Shown: piece after piece, positions 25,958-38,943 of the stretch | Numbering within the stretch: the stretch's first letter is position 1 | How the letters are laid out: every line of letters begins with the position of its first letter | Assembly: GCF_009834535.1 (NCBI RefSeq) | Contig: NC_045698.1 | Coordinates: 6,264,001-6,328,000, forward strand | From: Camelus ferus | Taxonomy: Eukaryota | Length of the DNA: 64,000 nt | Direction of reading: 5' to 3' | Program-made: the position numbers and the translations under genes | Notes under the pieces: model-generated | Told to the model about the DNA's origin: nothing | The model's database searches: none | What the model saw: only the letters and a program-made list of their open reading frames with translations

Positions 25958-26090
25958 GTTCATCCATCTATCCACCCATCTATCCATCCATCTATCTCTC
26001 CACCAATCCACCCATGTACTCATTCATCCAACCATCTATCTATCCATCCAACAGATGCTCGCTAAGCCCTGCTATGAGCCAGTTCCTTGC
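25958..26090. repeat. (TCCA)n degenerate repeat adjoining an L2-like 3' end
   Basis: catccatctatccacccatc... followed by acagatgctcgctaagccctgctatgagccag. Confidence 0.7.
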
Positions 26091-26824
26091 TTAAGGAACT
26101 CAGAACATTGTTTGCACCTACAGAAAAAGATGTGGTACTTGCAGGCTTCTGTGCCTTTAAAAGCGCTGCGCACAGCACTGGGAATTATCCTCTTTCTCCA
26201 TCCTTGCCCATCTGTATGGCCAACTCTTATTTGTCCCTCCAGACTCAGTCCAGGGGCAGCTTGCTCAGGGCCACGATCCCAGCTCAGTGGGTCCCTGGCT
26301 GATGGAGCCACTACATCGTCTCATCAGCCCAACAGCTGTGACCACACTGGGTTGACATTATTCACAGGATGCTTGCTCACTAAACTCTTAAGTTCCATTC
26401 TGACCTGGTTCTCACCACCGCAGCTCTGTTTACTCCGAGTGGCACAGAATGGGTGATCCAAAAATGTTTGCTGAAAAACGGAATGAACGAAGAAAGGAAG
26501 ATCAAGCAAGCCGCTGCTCATTTTCCCACCACTCACAACCATCCCTGGCGCTGTGTGAGCCAGGCCCGCACTGGGAGCTGCGGACACTGCAGAGAGCGGG
26601 AGGGTCACGGCAGCCCCTGCCCCCCTGGAGCGCTCACTCTGACCAAAATCGAAGGTAGGCTTCTGGTGGGTCACCGCTGATGACTGTCACTCACCAGAGT
26701 GGTATGTGACATACTCTGTGGTATGAACGGAGGCCCGTTCCTGGAGGGCTGGGCCCATCAGAGTCTGGGAGGGGCCAGCCTCCAGTTTCAAGGACACGAC
26801 AGATCACTCCAGACCATGGTACCA

Positions 26825-27062
26825 CAGCCCACTTCTCCATGAGGTACAGTGCCTGGAGCCCACCATCCCTTACAGGGGCTCCGAGAATGCTTCAGTTTCT
26901 TTTAAATCAGAAGAAATAGATGAATATAATCCAGTTTAGGTTATATCTGTCCTTATACCAGTGCAGTTGGTATAAAGACAAATATATAATTTAACAAATA
27001 TAAATCTATCTATATTATTTATATTTCTATATTATATATAGAAATCTATCTATCTATCTATC
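26825..27062. mobile_element. hAT-Tip100 (Arthur1-like) fragment ending in an AT/(TCTA)n tract
   Basis: acagtgcctggagcccac...ttcttttaaatcagaagaaa...aatccag...ttatacca resembles the recalled consensus; family assignment is uncertain. Confidence 0.45.
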
Positions 27063-27161
27063 ACAGATTGTACCTCAAACATAAAGCCACGGAATCTGAG
27101 AGAGGAGGTCTTCCAAGGCCCTTGGTGTTTACATCCGTTCGAGATCACTCAGTCCACGCAC

Positions 27162-27380
27162 CTGGACAAGGCAGAATGTTGCACTCCTGGTATTCCAAGG
27201 CCGGGCCCAGGCAAGGCATGCCCCCGTACTTGGGCTCAGGATTGTTGCAAACTCGTTTCCGGTTCCGAATGCCCCGGCTGCAGTCTCGGCTGCACTGGGA
27301 CCACGATGTCCAGGCTGACCAGGCCCCATTGACGGTGTGGGCAGAGTACCTCCCAGCTCGCAGGAAATCCCCAGAAAGAC
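27162..27380 (-). CDS. SEMA5A: SEMA5A coding exon, TSP1 repeat: GLSGDFLRAGRYSAHTVNGAWSAWTSWSQCSRDCSRGIRNRKRVCNNPEPKYGGMPCLGPALEYQECNILPCP
   Basis: Contained in ORF 27145..27399. Acceptor cag|GT, donor G|gtgcgt. 219 nt, phase 1-1. WxxWxxW motif. Confidence 0.96.
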
Positions 27381-28476
27381 CTGCCAAGGAAATGGCCAAA
27401 GGCAGACTGTGTTAGGAGTTCCCAGAGTGGTCGAAGTCCAAAGGAATGTTCATTCTGGATCCACTGTCTGCTTTGCTTCTGCACCTACACTCTGAGAAAT
27501 CAGCTGAACACTTTTCCTACTTTAGAAGCAAAGAAAGAAAAAAAAATTGTACTTCGGGTGATAATCTCCTATAGCTCAATCTTCTTTCCCTGCAATTGCT
27601 ATTAAATAGGGGAGCAGCCAAGAACTCAGTTTGTGAATGTGGCAAAGTCCTTATACAAGTAACAGGGTTATTGTGATAGGGGACTTACTGTTCTGAGAAA
27701 TTCCTTACAAAGAAGATACGCCTTTCTCACTTCCTTTGGAAATTCTGCAACAAACTGCTCGTGCAACTCACGTTCATTTTGATGAAAATGCCTACTGACT
27801 TACAATTAAAAAAGACTCAGTCATTTTCTCAGTGTAGGCAATGTGACAGAAGTTTTAACAAAAACATCTCAAAGTATGCCACCAAGTCCTGGGGACGGGT
27901 GAGAAGGCCGATGTGTGAACAGTCCGAGCCACTGTTCAAAGTTCCTTTTCGTTTGTTTGAAAACTCTGGCTCAGAAACTGAGGCGGGATGCTCTTCAGAG
28001 AAAATGGATTGGAAAACCTTTTCCTGGGATGAGCCAGTACTTTGTGGCTAATCAATAAAGAACACAATTTAGTCTCAGTTTGTGTGGTCGGAGGCAAACA
28101 AGCCCCATTTTGTACTCTCAGGATATCAATACCAAACCCTGTGGATGATCATTAGAACCTGAAGCCATTAAGACACAAGAAAGATGAAGCGCTTTTTATC
28201 CACGCCTACGATGTAATTTTGGAGGAAACAGAAGATATACACATGTATATCAGCACTGGCCTTAGCTTAGACTGCTATCGTTTAAAATAATATTAGCTTT
28301 GGTTTTGTATACACCTGAATGGAAGGATTTAAAAATATATGTTCAGAAAAGAGAATAAACTTAATGTATAAGGAAAGGCTGTTATTCATTTTCTCTTTTT
28401 TTCTTAACGTTGAATGATGGCACACAAAGCTCACAGCCTGCTCTGAAATAAGGGAGTAAGTGACTGAGTTGGAGAC

Positions 28477-28695
28477 AGGGTCACCAGGTTTAGCAAACAA
28501 AACACATGCTGTTCAGTTAAATTTTAGTTTCAGATAAATAAGAAATAAGATTTTAGGATAAATATGTACCAAATATCGCATAGCATATACTTACTAAAAA
28601 AAAAAGCCTCATGAGATATGCTTACACTAAAAAAATTCTTAAAAATGTCTGAGATTCACATTCAGCTGGGCATTTTGTACTTTATCTCACAGCCT
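28477..28695. mobile_element. MER53 palindromic hAT MITE
   Basis: agggtcaccaggtttagcaaacaaaacaca...cagttaaattttagtttcagataaa, with mirror arm tctgagattcacattcagctgggcattttgtactttatct. Confidence 0.75.
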
Positions 28696-30271
28696 AACGA
28701 GATGACAAGGCCATTCCTCGTGGTATTTAGATCTTTAAAATGGGCCTTAAGTTGTCTGTCTCTTGGTATTCCATCATATGCCTTGCTCTTCTCACTAAAG
28801 CAGGATTTTACAGAATTAATCGGAGCGAATATCATTTTGCTTGATTTTCTAGCTGGTGGGTGTTTATTTCTCTGAGTTAAATTGCAGACTTAATCACACC
28901 AAATTCTTCACTAAAGCAGACGTTGTTTTTCTCAAGAAACAATGAACAAGCTCGTATGGTTGCTGAACTACAGTGAGCAGAACAGTTTGAGGTCAGGAGT
29001 CAGTTAATGTCCGTGAGAATATGACCAGGAGTGGACCTTGAGGGCAACTGTTGGGCCTCCAAGCATCCAGGCTGGCAGCTCCAAGCTGCCCTGGGTGTTC
29101 AGCAGCTCCCAGGAGGGGTCACCGAGATCCGTGACATTTGTGCAGCCCTCCCCCAGAGCCATGCTACATAAGAGGTTCCTTCTGGCAACATGGGAGGGAG
29201 TTCATGGCACCAACATGAACTTATCCCTTCACGTCAGCCCAACATGGCAACTCACCAGCGCTGTGGTTCTTCAAGGCCAACCACTCTGGGTAAACCTAAA
29301 GCTCCTTCTTAAAAATGACTTTGGTGCTGACTGGCTTTCTAAATCACAGCTACGTTGGGAGAATCAGGTAGGATCATAAATATAAAAGGGCAAGAAATGT
29401 TCAAGTGTTCTAGTGCAAGACGTTACTACTCCTGTTCTCATCAAGTTGTGCTCCAAGAACCTTCTGTGAGCACTTATTTGCTTCTTAGAATTGGACAGGT
29501 TTTGTTAAGTTAGATGAGAATGACAGGAGAGATAAAGAAGGAGATGACAGAAGAAGATTCATTTCTGCTTTTAAAGAAGGAAGAAATTAATCTTTGTGGG
29601 ATGGCCAGCCTCCCGCACTTTCCTGCAGTTAAGACACCTGAGCTCCAGGGGGAGCAAGTGAGTAGCCTGAGGTGAGCTGACCAGTCAGCATCAAGGCCAG
29701 GCAGGGAGAGCACCTGCCTGTCCACGTCTGGGCTCTGCCTACATGAGTCATATGGCTTTGAAGGGATTTATATGACTGCAAGGGGCAAAGGAATTTCAAA
29801 GACTATTAAAGGACCACATGTACTTTTTAACAGAAAGATGCTTTTATGGCTATAAACATAGAGATGCACTTCTGTTGTCTTTGTCCAGTTCTGAGATTAA
29901 AAAAGGAAAAGCTTATTGGCAGCCGACCTTTCAGAGCCAGAAGAACTCTGGAAGGACGCTGAGCCTTCCTCAATATATTTTCTGATACTAAATAAAGTTC
30001 CCATGAACTATTCTTGACCTACTAAAAATACAGTGTTATTTCAAGGGTTGAAGAAACAGGACCACCTCGACATGGAACTGAGTTTTTATAGTAATGATCT
30101 GACCCATCCATTTGTTGTAAAGCCAGTTCTGCTCTAGAGAGACTGTTGTTATAAAGATTGTTCTAATCAAAAGGAAATTCCACCCGCCCCCCAGGCTCTT
30201 CTCTGAACTCAGAGCTGAGATGGAACGCCTGCTTGTGGAAGTGGCTCAGTCCCTACGGAGTCGCCACTCAC

Positions 30272-30497
30272 CGTCGGTGGAGCAGCCGCTGGTCCCGTCA
30301 CTGGAACAGTACCGCATCTCAATCCTCTGTCTTCCCACTTCCAGCAAGTTGGGATCAGGCAGGCGGGCCTTGCACGTGTATCGAAACCTCTGCTCGTAAT
30401 GGCCCCCGTTGTCCGAGATGTTGACGGGTGTCCAGGGCGTCCAGGGCGTGGTCTTCTTCAGCTCCGGGCACGGGTTCGAATTACAAGGCTGGTACTC
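30272..30497 (-). CDS. SEMA5A: SEMA5A coding exon: EYQPCNSNPCPELKKTTPWTPWTPVNISDNGGHYEQRFRYTCKARLPDPNLLEVGRQRIEMRYCSSDGTSGCSTD(G)
   Basis: Hand-translated; not in the ORF track. Acceptor ctccag|GAG, donor G|gtgagt. 226 nt, phase 0 to 1, in frame with both neighbours. Confidence 0.96.
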
Positions 30498-33284
30498 CTG
30501 GAGGAGACAAGGCAGAGCGTGAGCATCTCAGACGGCAGAAATAGAGCCAGTGGCTTCCTTCCTTAAGTGAAAGACAGGGCTCTTCCAGACTTCAGATCCT
30601 GACACCCACCAGCCACTCCACAAAGTTAAAAGCACGCTGTTTGTCAGATTGGGCATTGAAGAAAACGCTCAGTGTTCAGGTTAACTGCAAAAGGAATCTG
30701 CGTGGTTTCTGTGCCGACAGTGAGAATGAGACAATAAATGTAACTGTATGTGGAAAAAAAATGGTGATCCCCGAACAGTCTTTCACTTAATAAGTGACCG
30801 AAAATGCTGATTATTCTGATGTTAAGTTTAGTTGTTTTTTTAAAAGATTATAGTTACAATGATGGAACCAGAATTTGCTTTTTGGGGCCACATTATGTTG
30901 AGTTTGAGATTAATGAATAGTTTCAGCCCTGAGATCACAGATTCAAAGTGTTAAGACGGCAGCTATCCACATGACAACACAACATATGATAACTTAATCT
31001 ACAAGAAATTTTTACAAGATTTCTCTGGTTAATACCTTGACGGCATGTCTCAATCTCACCTCCCTTTCCTCAGTACCAGGTTCCTCCCTTACAAACATAG
31101 GTGGGAGGACCCTGGCAAGTGGGGCATGCCATTTCTGGGTGATGGAATTTAGGACTATAAATTTAGGATGGTTAATTTGGCAAGAATTGTTATTCTTCAG
31201 CAACAAGGCCAAATCTACGGAGGCCACAGTCTGACCTTGAGCACAGCCCTAGATCACAGTCCTTCTATTCGATAATAAAGGATGTCTCATGAGAGGGAAA
31301 ACTCACAACCCATAATACACCCAATTACGGCCATGCTTTTAAAATAATTTTACCAATGCTAAACATGCATATAAAGTAGGAGTTAACTCTCTAAGATTTA
31401 TTAGGAAAATGCTGCCCCCAACCCTTTCAGTTCCATATGCGGATATTTATCCCATCGAGCCACAAGAAGCATCTTCCAGTAGCAGGCACCGCCCCTTATC
31501 CAAGCCCTAAGGAAAGGGATTCAGCTCTTTACTCCGTACCCCGCTCCCTGTGTCTCCCGCACTGATGCAGCCTTCCCATCTCCCACCATGCGTGCTGCAC
31601 TCCTGGTTCCATCCAAACCCAGCGTTCACACTTATCGCTAGATGAACCCCATCCGCACCTGAGCGGTGTGGAGAATCGATGGATTTCTGTTCCGTGTCCA
31701 ACCCCCTTCCAGCCCAAGCCCAGGGCTCTCCTGCTTTGTGAGGGTGGTTGTCCAGTTGCTATGAACTTGCCATGAGTTCACCCCTCCCGTCAGATATGTG
31801 GATGCGGTAAGAACTGTGTTACTTGGTTCATGCTTTTCAAAATAAAACTGCCTCAGAAACGCTGTGTAAATGAGTTCTCAGCAGGAGAGAAAGTAGCCAC
31901 ATGTGTCCACAGCAGTAGCTTTAACTGGAAGCCCTATTAAAACTTTATTTTGTCATGATTTCAGTGACTCGAACGAGTTTTACTGACTCAGAATCCATCT
32001 TTCAAAAATGCTTACAAGGAACAATACTCAGGACTCTTCATGTTTGTGGCTTCATAGGAGTCGTTGCAGGAAATACGTAAGTGATCATCACTGCTTTTTT
32101 CAATGCCTCTCGCATTCCTTCCCGGGCCCACACGGCCGCCCTCACCTCCACACCAGCACGCACTGCAAGACAGATGACTGCATTTCCCTCTGTTCGCAGC
32201 ATCTTTTATTATAGCATCTTTTGGATGCTGTCCTTTAAATGAAAAAAATAGCTCCAATGAATGCCATAAACACGATCGTGTGAAAGACTAGACAATGAAA
32301 TGGAGACCATGAGACAGGAATGCAATAAAGCGGCTCTGGGACCTTCCAGGCCCGCAGGGTGGCAGCACGGTCAGCCCCAGACTGAAAAGGTCGCGTGTCT
32401 TCCTCCACCGCTCGGCACCAGCCTGGCTGTCCAGGGGCTCCTTGCCGAAATGGACCGAAAGCTGTGCTTAACGACGCTGCTTAAAAAGCGCGGGTCTTGA
32501 GGCGTTCACAACTTGGACAGCACGTGCAAAACAGTGCGATCCCACGTCTCGGTAAACAATCCCAGAGGACACTCGCAGCAGTCCTGAGCTTCCTTACAAC
32601 TAGAACTTTCACCTCTTCTGTGGAGATAAAGTTTTGTTTTTGAAATAGATGAGTGGAACATATATTTTAAAGCTGGCTCCAGTGCCTGGGTTGGCCTCTG
32701 TGTGCTGGTGACATGCTCAGCAGGGCAGGGTGGGGGTTCACGTGTCCCAGACGTGGGCACACCTCAAGGGGGAAGAAGATCAATTCTGGCTCCTTAGACC
32801 TAAACCTCCGATAACACAGTCTGTTCTTATGTCCCTTTATCTCCTCGTTGTACAAAATCCAACTTGAGTCTCAGGACTCCTCTTTTCAACAGCTTTGGAA
32901 GATTTCATTATGATGCATTCATCTGAAATATCCAATTATGAAATGCTGAGGAATAGTATAAGTGACCTGTTTGATAGTAATGACCTGAATCATAAAGTGA
33001 TTCAGTTCAATGGTGAGTAGTTGTAAGGCGTAACAGAACCCGTGTGCTGCAATTTACTGAGGACCCACTGCTGGAAGTCAAATAGAAAGACTGTGATGAC
33101 CCAAGTGAAGCCAAATCTGAATATAATTGAGTGGCGTTACATTAATGCTAAGAAAGAATTTATTCTAAAGGTGATTTCAGGGAACTAACTACTATCACCT
33201 GCCACAAAGGATTCTTAATATTCTGGTGGAAAACAGCAGATAAGAATGGTCACTAAATTGGTCCCCCTTCTGCTGTCCATCCAA

Positions 33285-33955
33285 GGGAATTAAAACCAGG
33301 ATCTCACAGAGGTGTCTGCTCTACTATGTTCATTGCAGCATTACTCACAACAGCCAAGATATGGAAACGACCTAAGGGTCCAATAACATATTAACGGATA
33401 AAGAAGATCACACACGCACACACACACACACAGTGGAATATTACTCAGCCATGAGAAAGAAGTAAACCCTGCCATTTGCAACAACTTGGCTGGACCTTGA
33501 GGGTATTATGCTAAGTGAAATAAGTCAGACAGAGAAGGATAAATTCTATACGATTTCACTCATAGGTGGAATCTAACACTGACAAACTCAGAGAAACACA
33601 GAGTGGAGTGGAAGTTACCAGGGGTTGGGGGTTGGGGGGTTGGGAAAACGGTGGTCAAAGGGTACAAACGTCTAGTTTTATAAGATTAGTAAGTACAAGG
33701 AGCTAATGTACAGCATGGTGATTATGGCTAATAATACTGTATCATATACTTGAATGGCGCTGAGACAGTAGATCTTAAACCTTCTCACCACAGAAAAGAA
33801 ATGGTAATTATGTGCCAGGTTGGAGGTGGTAGCTAATGCTATGGTGGTCATCATTTTGCAATTTATAAATGTATCTAATCAACACAGTGTGCACCTGAAA
33901 CCTACACAATGCTATGTGTCCATGATCTCTCAATAAAGCTGGAAAAAAATAAAAA
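33285..33955 (+). mobile_element. L1 3' end (L1MA9/L1MB-type) with polyA signal and A tail
   Basis: atgttcattgcagcattactcacaacagccaagatatggaaac ... ctcaataaagctggaaaaaaataaaa. Confidence 0.88.
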
Positions 33956-34964
33956 TGAAGACAACAGCAAAAGGGCAAAAAAAAGGGCCAAGAACAACAA
34001 AGGGAAAAAAAAGCGTGATAACTAAAGCAATTTTAAACGATTCTCCAAATGCGTTGCCTGTGTTTCCTCTGTCCCAGTCAACAGTGATAAAACCACACAT
34101 TCAAAAGTTTAATATGAAAATCTGGGGGGGCTCCCTGCTGGTCTCCCTCACTTCTAGGCCAAGTCCTAGAGACATGGCTTCTGGGGCTCTTTCTCTCCTC
34201 CCCACCTTAACTGTCTCTTCTAACTCAGGCCACCGGCATCTCAGGCCTGTTTCACAGACTCAATGCACGTATTTCACCGACATTTGTGTATTTATAATTC
34301 TGCCTCCACCAACAGACTGCAGAATTGTCAAGAGCAAGAACTCTGCCATACTTATCTTATATTAGCAATCTTAAGTATAATAATACTAACTTTTGATGAC
34401 TGGATAAGTCATATCGATCAATTCACAAATAAACCCATTCTGGTGGAATTTGCATAAACTTGGGGAAAAAATAGATGGCTAAGCAGGGCTCTCCTTGTTT
34501 TGCTGTTTATTATTCCTCTGAGGAAACAAAAATATCTCATAGTCTATAAGTTGAAAGTGAAATAGATAAATGGTGACAATCCAAGCAGAACGTTGATACC
34601 ATGTGTTTGGCACAAAGTAAGAAAATCACGCTTAAAGGGATTTTATCAATAGATGAAGGTATGAACTAAATCTATTCTCGTATGGAATACTCATGGCTTA
34701 CATATTCACTTATCAAATTTTCTTTCAGTAACTAAGTGCATCACACAAGACAGAAAGCCGTTCTGCATAAGAGAAACAAGGAAGTGTCGCAATTGTGCTT
34801 GCAAGGGGCCAAAGCACCGAAGCACGTGCACAGACATCAATCTGTGATCCCAGGAGCCTGTGGAGACAGAGCAAAGATTGACAGGAGGTCTAGGAAATCA
34901 GTTTAGTGATCCCAGCAAGAAAGGGAAGGAAAGGGGGATAATGCACTCAAGATTGTGATGTCAC

Positions 34965-37900
34965 AGAATGACCTCTGCTTCCAACCAAGCTGGGCAACAG
35001 AAATGGAATTAACTCTTCCACCAAAAACAACAGATATATATACATATATATGAACAGTTCTGAAGATATTGGACATTAGGCAATGAGGGACAGTGATCAC
35101 CAGGTGAAGGAAACATGAGATGAGCCCCACAATGGACCCAGCCTACAACCTTGAGAAGATTTCCAGGTGGTGGTGGAGGACAAAGAGTGACTGAAGAGGC
35201 AGAGCTGAGAACTGAAGGAAGCTAAAGCAGCTGGGGTTCTCAGAAGGAGAGGGCTGCACAAGGAGAAAACCCCAGCTCCTCACCGTTTTGCACCCCCCCC
35301 CAAGTATTCAGCTGTGAGAAGCCGGTGGAAGAAACGACACATGGGTGGGGAGAGATCCATCGAAGAAGATCAGAGGGAACAGGGCATGTGGCTCACAAAG
35401 GACTGGGAGAAGTGCTTGCTCCTAAGAGCCAGCCTGAGAAGCTTCCTAACTCACTGGCATCCGTTAGGGTACCAAGAAGTGTCTCGCTTCCCTAGTGGGG
35501 AGAAATCATCCCAGACCAACCTCTGCCCCGATCTCAACTAACAAAGCTTAAACAAGCAAAAACCAAAAAGGTCACACTGATTTCACATAACTTGATCTTG
35601 TCTCAAAGAGGAGCTCTAGCATGTTTGGGGAAATACAAGAGTGTCCAAAGCACAAGGAAAAGGTCACAGTGTCTCACGTACATCTAATCTAAAATTACCA
35701 GATATGCCAAGAAGCTGTTAAAAAACAACCTATTATGAAGAGAAAAGTTAGTCAATTGAACTTGGCACAGAAATGACATAGATGACAGAATTTGTAGTCA
35801 AGAACATTTAAAAATAGTTATTATAATTGTATTGCATACGTCCAAGGAGCTGGAAGGAAGACTGAAGATATTAAGTAGAAACACGGAAGATGCAAGAAAT
35901 AAAATCAACTCTACACAACATTCTATGAGGTCAGCTTTAATCTGACATCAAAACCAGACAAAGATATTAGAAGAAAAGAAAACTACATGTGAATATTCCT
36001 CACGAACTTAGATACAAAAATGAATAACAGGATTTTAATAAACAAAACTCCAAACTACATAAAAAAGTTAATGTCTCATTATTACATAGGGAGGATGTCA
36101 CGGGGGCAAGGTTGCAGTAACGTTTAAAACTGGATCAATGTAATTCACCATATTTAACATTCTGGGAAGTAAACCTATATGAACATCTCAACAGATACAG
36201 ATCATTTCAATACAGTACCATTTGATAAGATCCAAAAGTCCATTCCTTATAAAAACTCTGAATCAACTAGGAATAAAAATGAATTTCCTAAATCTGACGA
36301 AGGACAGCTACTAAAAACATATAAGCAACATCTTACTTAAAAGTTAAAGCTTGCATGTTTTTGTAAAAGCTAAATAATATAAGATCAATATAAAATATTC
36401 ATTTTGTTCCTATGTACTAGCAATGAGCAGTCATAAATTAAAAGAATGACATTTATAATATTATCAAAAATAAGAAATACTTAGGAATAAGTCTCACAAA
36501 ATATGTGTATGACTGGTACACTTAAAGGAAACTGAATCTTCTAAATGAGCTACAGAATCAAAGGAATCTTAGTTACAATTCCAGAAGGCTGTTTTAAAAA
36601 ATAAAATTTGACAAGTGAACTCTAAAATTCATATGGAAATACAAAGTATCTAGAACAACAAAAGCTTTTTGCAAAGAAAGGGCATTGTTAGAGGCTTATA
36701 CAACCTGACTTCAAGATTCATTGTAAAGCTCCAATAATCAAAGTGCTGTGGCATTAAAATCGAATGACTGAGCAAAGGAACAGAATGGAAAGCCCAGAAA
36801 TAGAGCCATATGTACGTGGGTTATGGATTTTTCAAAAAGGTACAAAGGCAATTTAGTGGAGAAAGTAGTCTGCAGCAAAGTAGTGCTGGAGCAACTAGCT
36901 ATCCACAGGCGAAACCGGGAACTTTGATCAACAGCTTGCTCTCCCTATGACAATAAACTCAAATGGATCACAGCCCAATAGCTAACACCATAAAACTTCT
37001 AGAAGAAAACCTAGGAGAATATTTCTGTGACCTTAGGTTAAGCAAAGATTTCCTAGATACAATGCCAAAAGCATCACTCATGAAAGAAAGAAAAATAGTC
37101 AAAATCAGGACCCTCTGCTTTTGAGAGACACTGTTAAGAAAATAAAAGACTAGTCACACCCAAGAGAGTATCGGCAAATCAGATGTCTGACAGAAGACTC
37201 GTATCCATCAGATATAAAACAAATTAAAACTCAACACTAAAAAACAACTACCAAGTGTTATGAAGAGACATTTCACCAATGAAGATACACAGATGGCAAA
37301 AAGTATATGTAAAGATACTCAATGTCATTTTTTAGAAAACAGTAAATTAAAACCACAAGTAAACCACTACACATGTATTAGAACAGCTAAAACAAAACAA
37401 AACAGAAGAAACCCCAAACCTAACAACATCAAATGCTGGCGAGCTCGCAGAGCAACGGGGATGCCCTCACACCCTGCTGGTAGGAATGTAAAATGGGACA
37501 ATTGTTTTGAGAACTATTTGACACTCTCCTCTAAAATTAAACATAACTTACCATGTGATCTGGACATTTCCCTGCTAGGTATTTACCCAAGAGCAAAAGG
37601 AATTGTTGCTACAAATCCTTGCACATGAATGTTCAAAACAGCTTTATTTGTAATAGCCCCAAACTGGAAACCACTCAAATATCCATCAGCAGGTAAACAT
37701 TTAAACAAATGATCTTACATCCAAATAACAGAATCCTACTCAGCAATGAAAAGAAATGATCTGCTGTTATACACAACATAGAAGAATCTGAAAAGAATTA
37801 TGCTGAGCGAAAGAAGCCAGCAGAAACCATTGTGACGCTGTATGATTCCATTCATATAACATCATGGAAAACGAAAACAAACGTAGAATCCAAAAGATGA

Positions 37901-38100
37901 GTGCTACCTGGGATCAGCGTGGGCAGGGAGATAGAAGAGGGAGGGGTTACCAAGGAAACAGGAGACCCTTCGGGTTGATGAACATGTTCATTCTCTTGTG
38001 TTGGTGGTTTCATGAATGTACACATTTGTCAAAATGTATCAAATGTTACGAGTGTTATTACTGTTTACCAATCATACCCAATAAAATATTAAACAATATA
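34965..38100 (+). mobile_element. Ancient degenerate L1 (L1MC/MD-type), about 3.1 kb, with 5' region, ORF2 remnants and 3' end
   Basis: ORF2 remnants (tgacatcaaaaccagacaaagata, aaaacttctagaagaaaacctaggagaa, ORF 37260..37628 MKRHFTNEDTQMA...LLGIYP). A-rich strand bias, many stops and deletions. Confidence 0.85.
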
Positions 38101-38599
38101 TAATCACAGAAGAACAAACCTCTTTCTAAAAAAGTGGTGGTTACCTCGCTGACTTAGAAGTGATATTCCAAACAGTTGTGTTTGCAGATACCTGCATGCG
38201 AATTAACATTACAGTTATTTTTACGGCAGTCATGTTTGAATATTTGCGACTGAAAGTAACTACCAAGTATTTGTAGGTAAATGCATCATACGTACAAAGT
38301 GTGCGCCTTCCAGCCCAACCTTACCTGTCATCAGATATGACTAAAAAACACTGTTTTCTTTCATACAGTCAGCCAAGTGGCACCTGCCTGTACCAGCTGT
38401 GTTCTTTTATAACCGCATTCCTCTTACAGTCAGTTTCCTTAGCTGCAGTGCATTTTCGTGCCTTTGAACAGGAAGGAATTGAAACTACCTTCCCTGGGCT
38501 TTGGAGAAGTTTGTGAGCCACAGGATGGTTTGCGGGAGGGAGAACCCAGCCCCAAGGCTCACTATCTAACCCTCTGCAAATCTTTAGATGCTCAGCACG

Positions 38600-38943
38600 T
38601 GCCTTAGTCTGTTCAGGCTGCTTTAACAAAACACCACAGACCAGACAGGGTGGTTTATAAACCACGGAAATGTATTTCTCACAGCTCTGCATACTGGAAG
38701 CCCAAAATCAGGGTGCCTGCATGATCAGGTGAGGGTCACCTTCTGAGTCACAGACCTCTCTGTGTAACCTCACGTGGCAAAAGGGGCTAGCTACGTCTCT
38801 GGGCCTCTTTTGTAAGAACACCAGTCCCGCTCACAGGGGCTCCACCCTCATGACCTCACCACCTCCTAATACCATCACACGCAGGCATGAGGTTTTCAAC
38901 ATGTGGATTTGGGGGGGGGACACACAAGCATTCAGCGTGCCAC
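38600..38943. mobile_element. MaLR solo LTR (MLT1A-like)
   Basis: ttagtctgttcaggctgct...aacaaaacaccacagac...tatttctcacagctctg...ctccaccctcatgacct...ttcaacatgtggatttggggg. Confidence 0.8.

Noticed and set aside
37260..37628. 122-aa ORF as a gene
   Set aside because: Degenerate L1 ORF2 C-terminal remnant.
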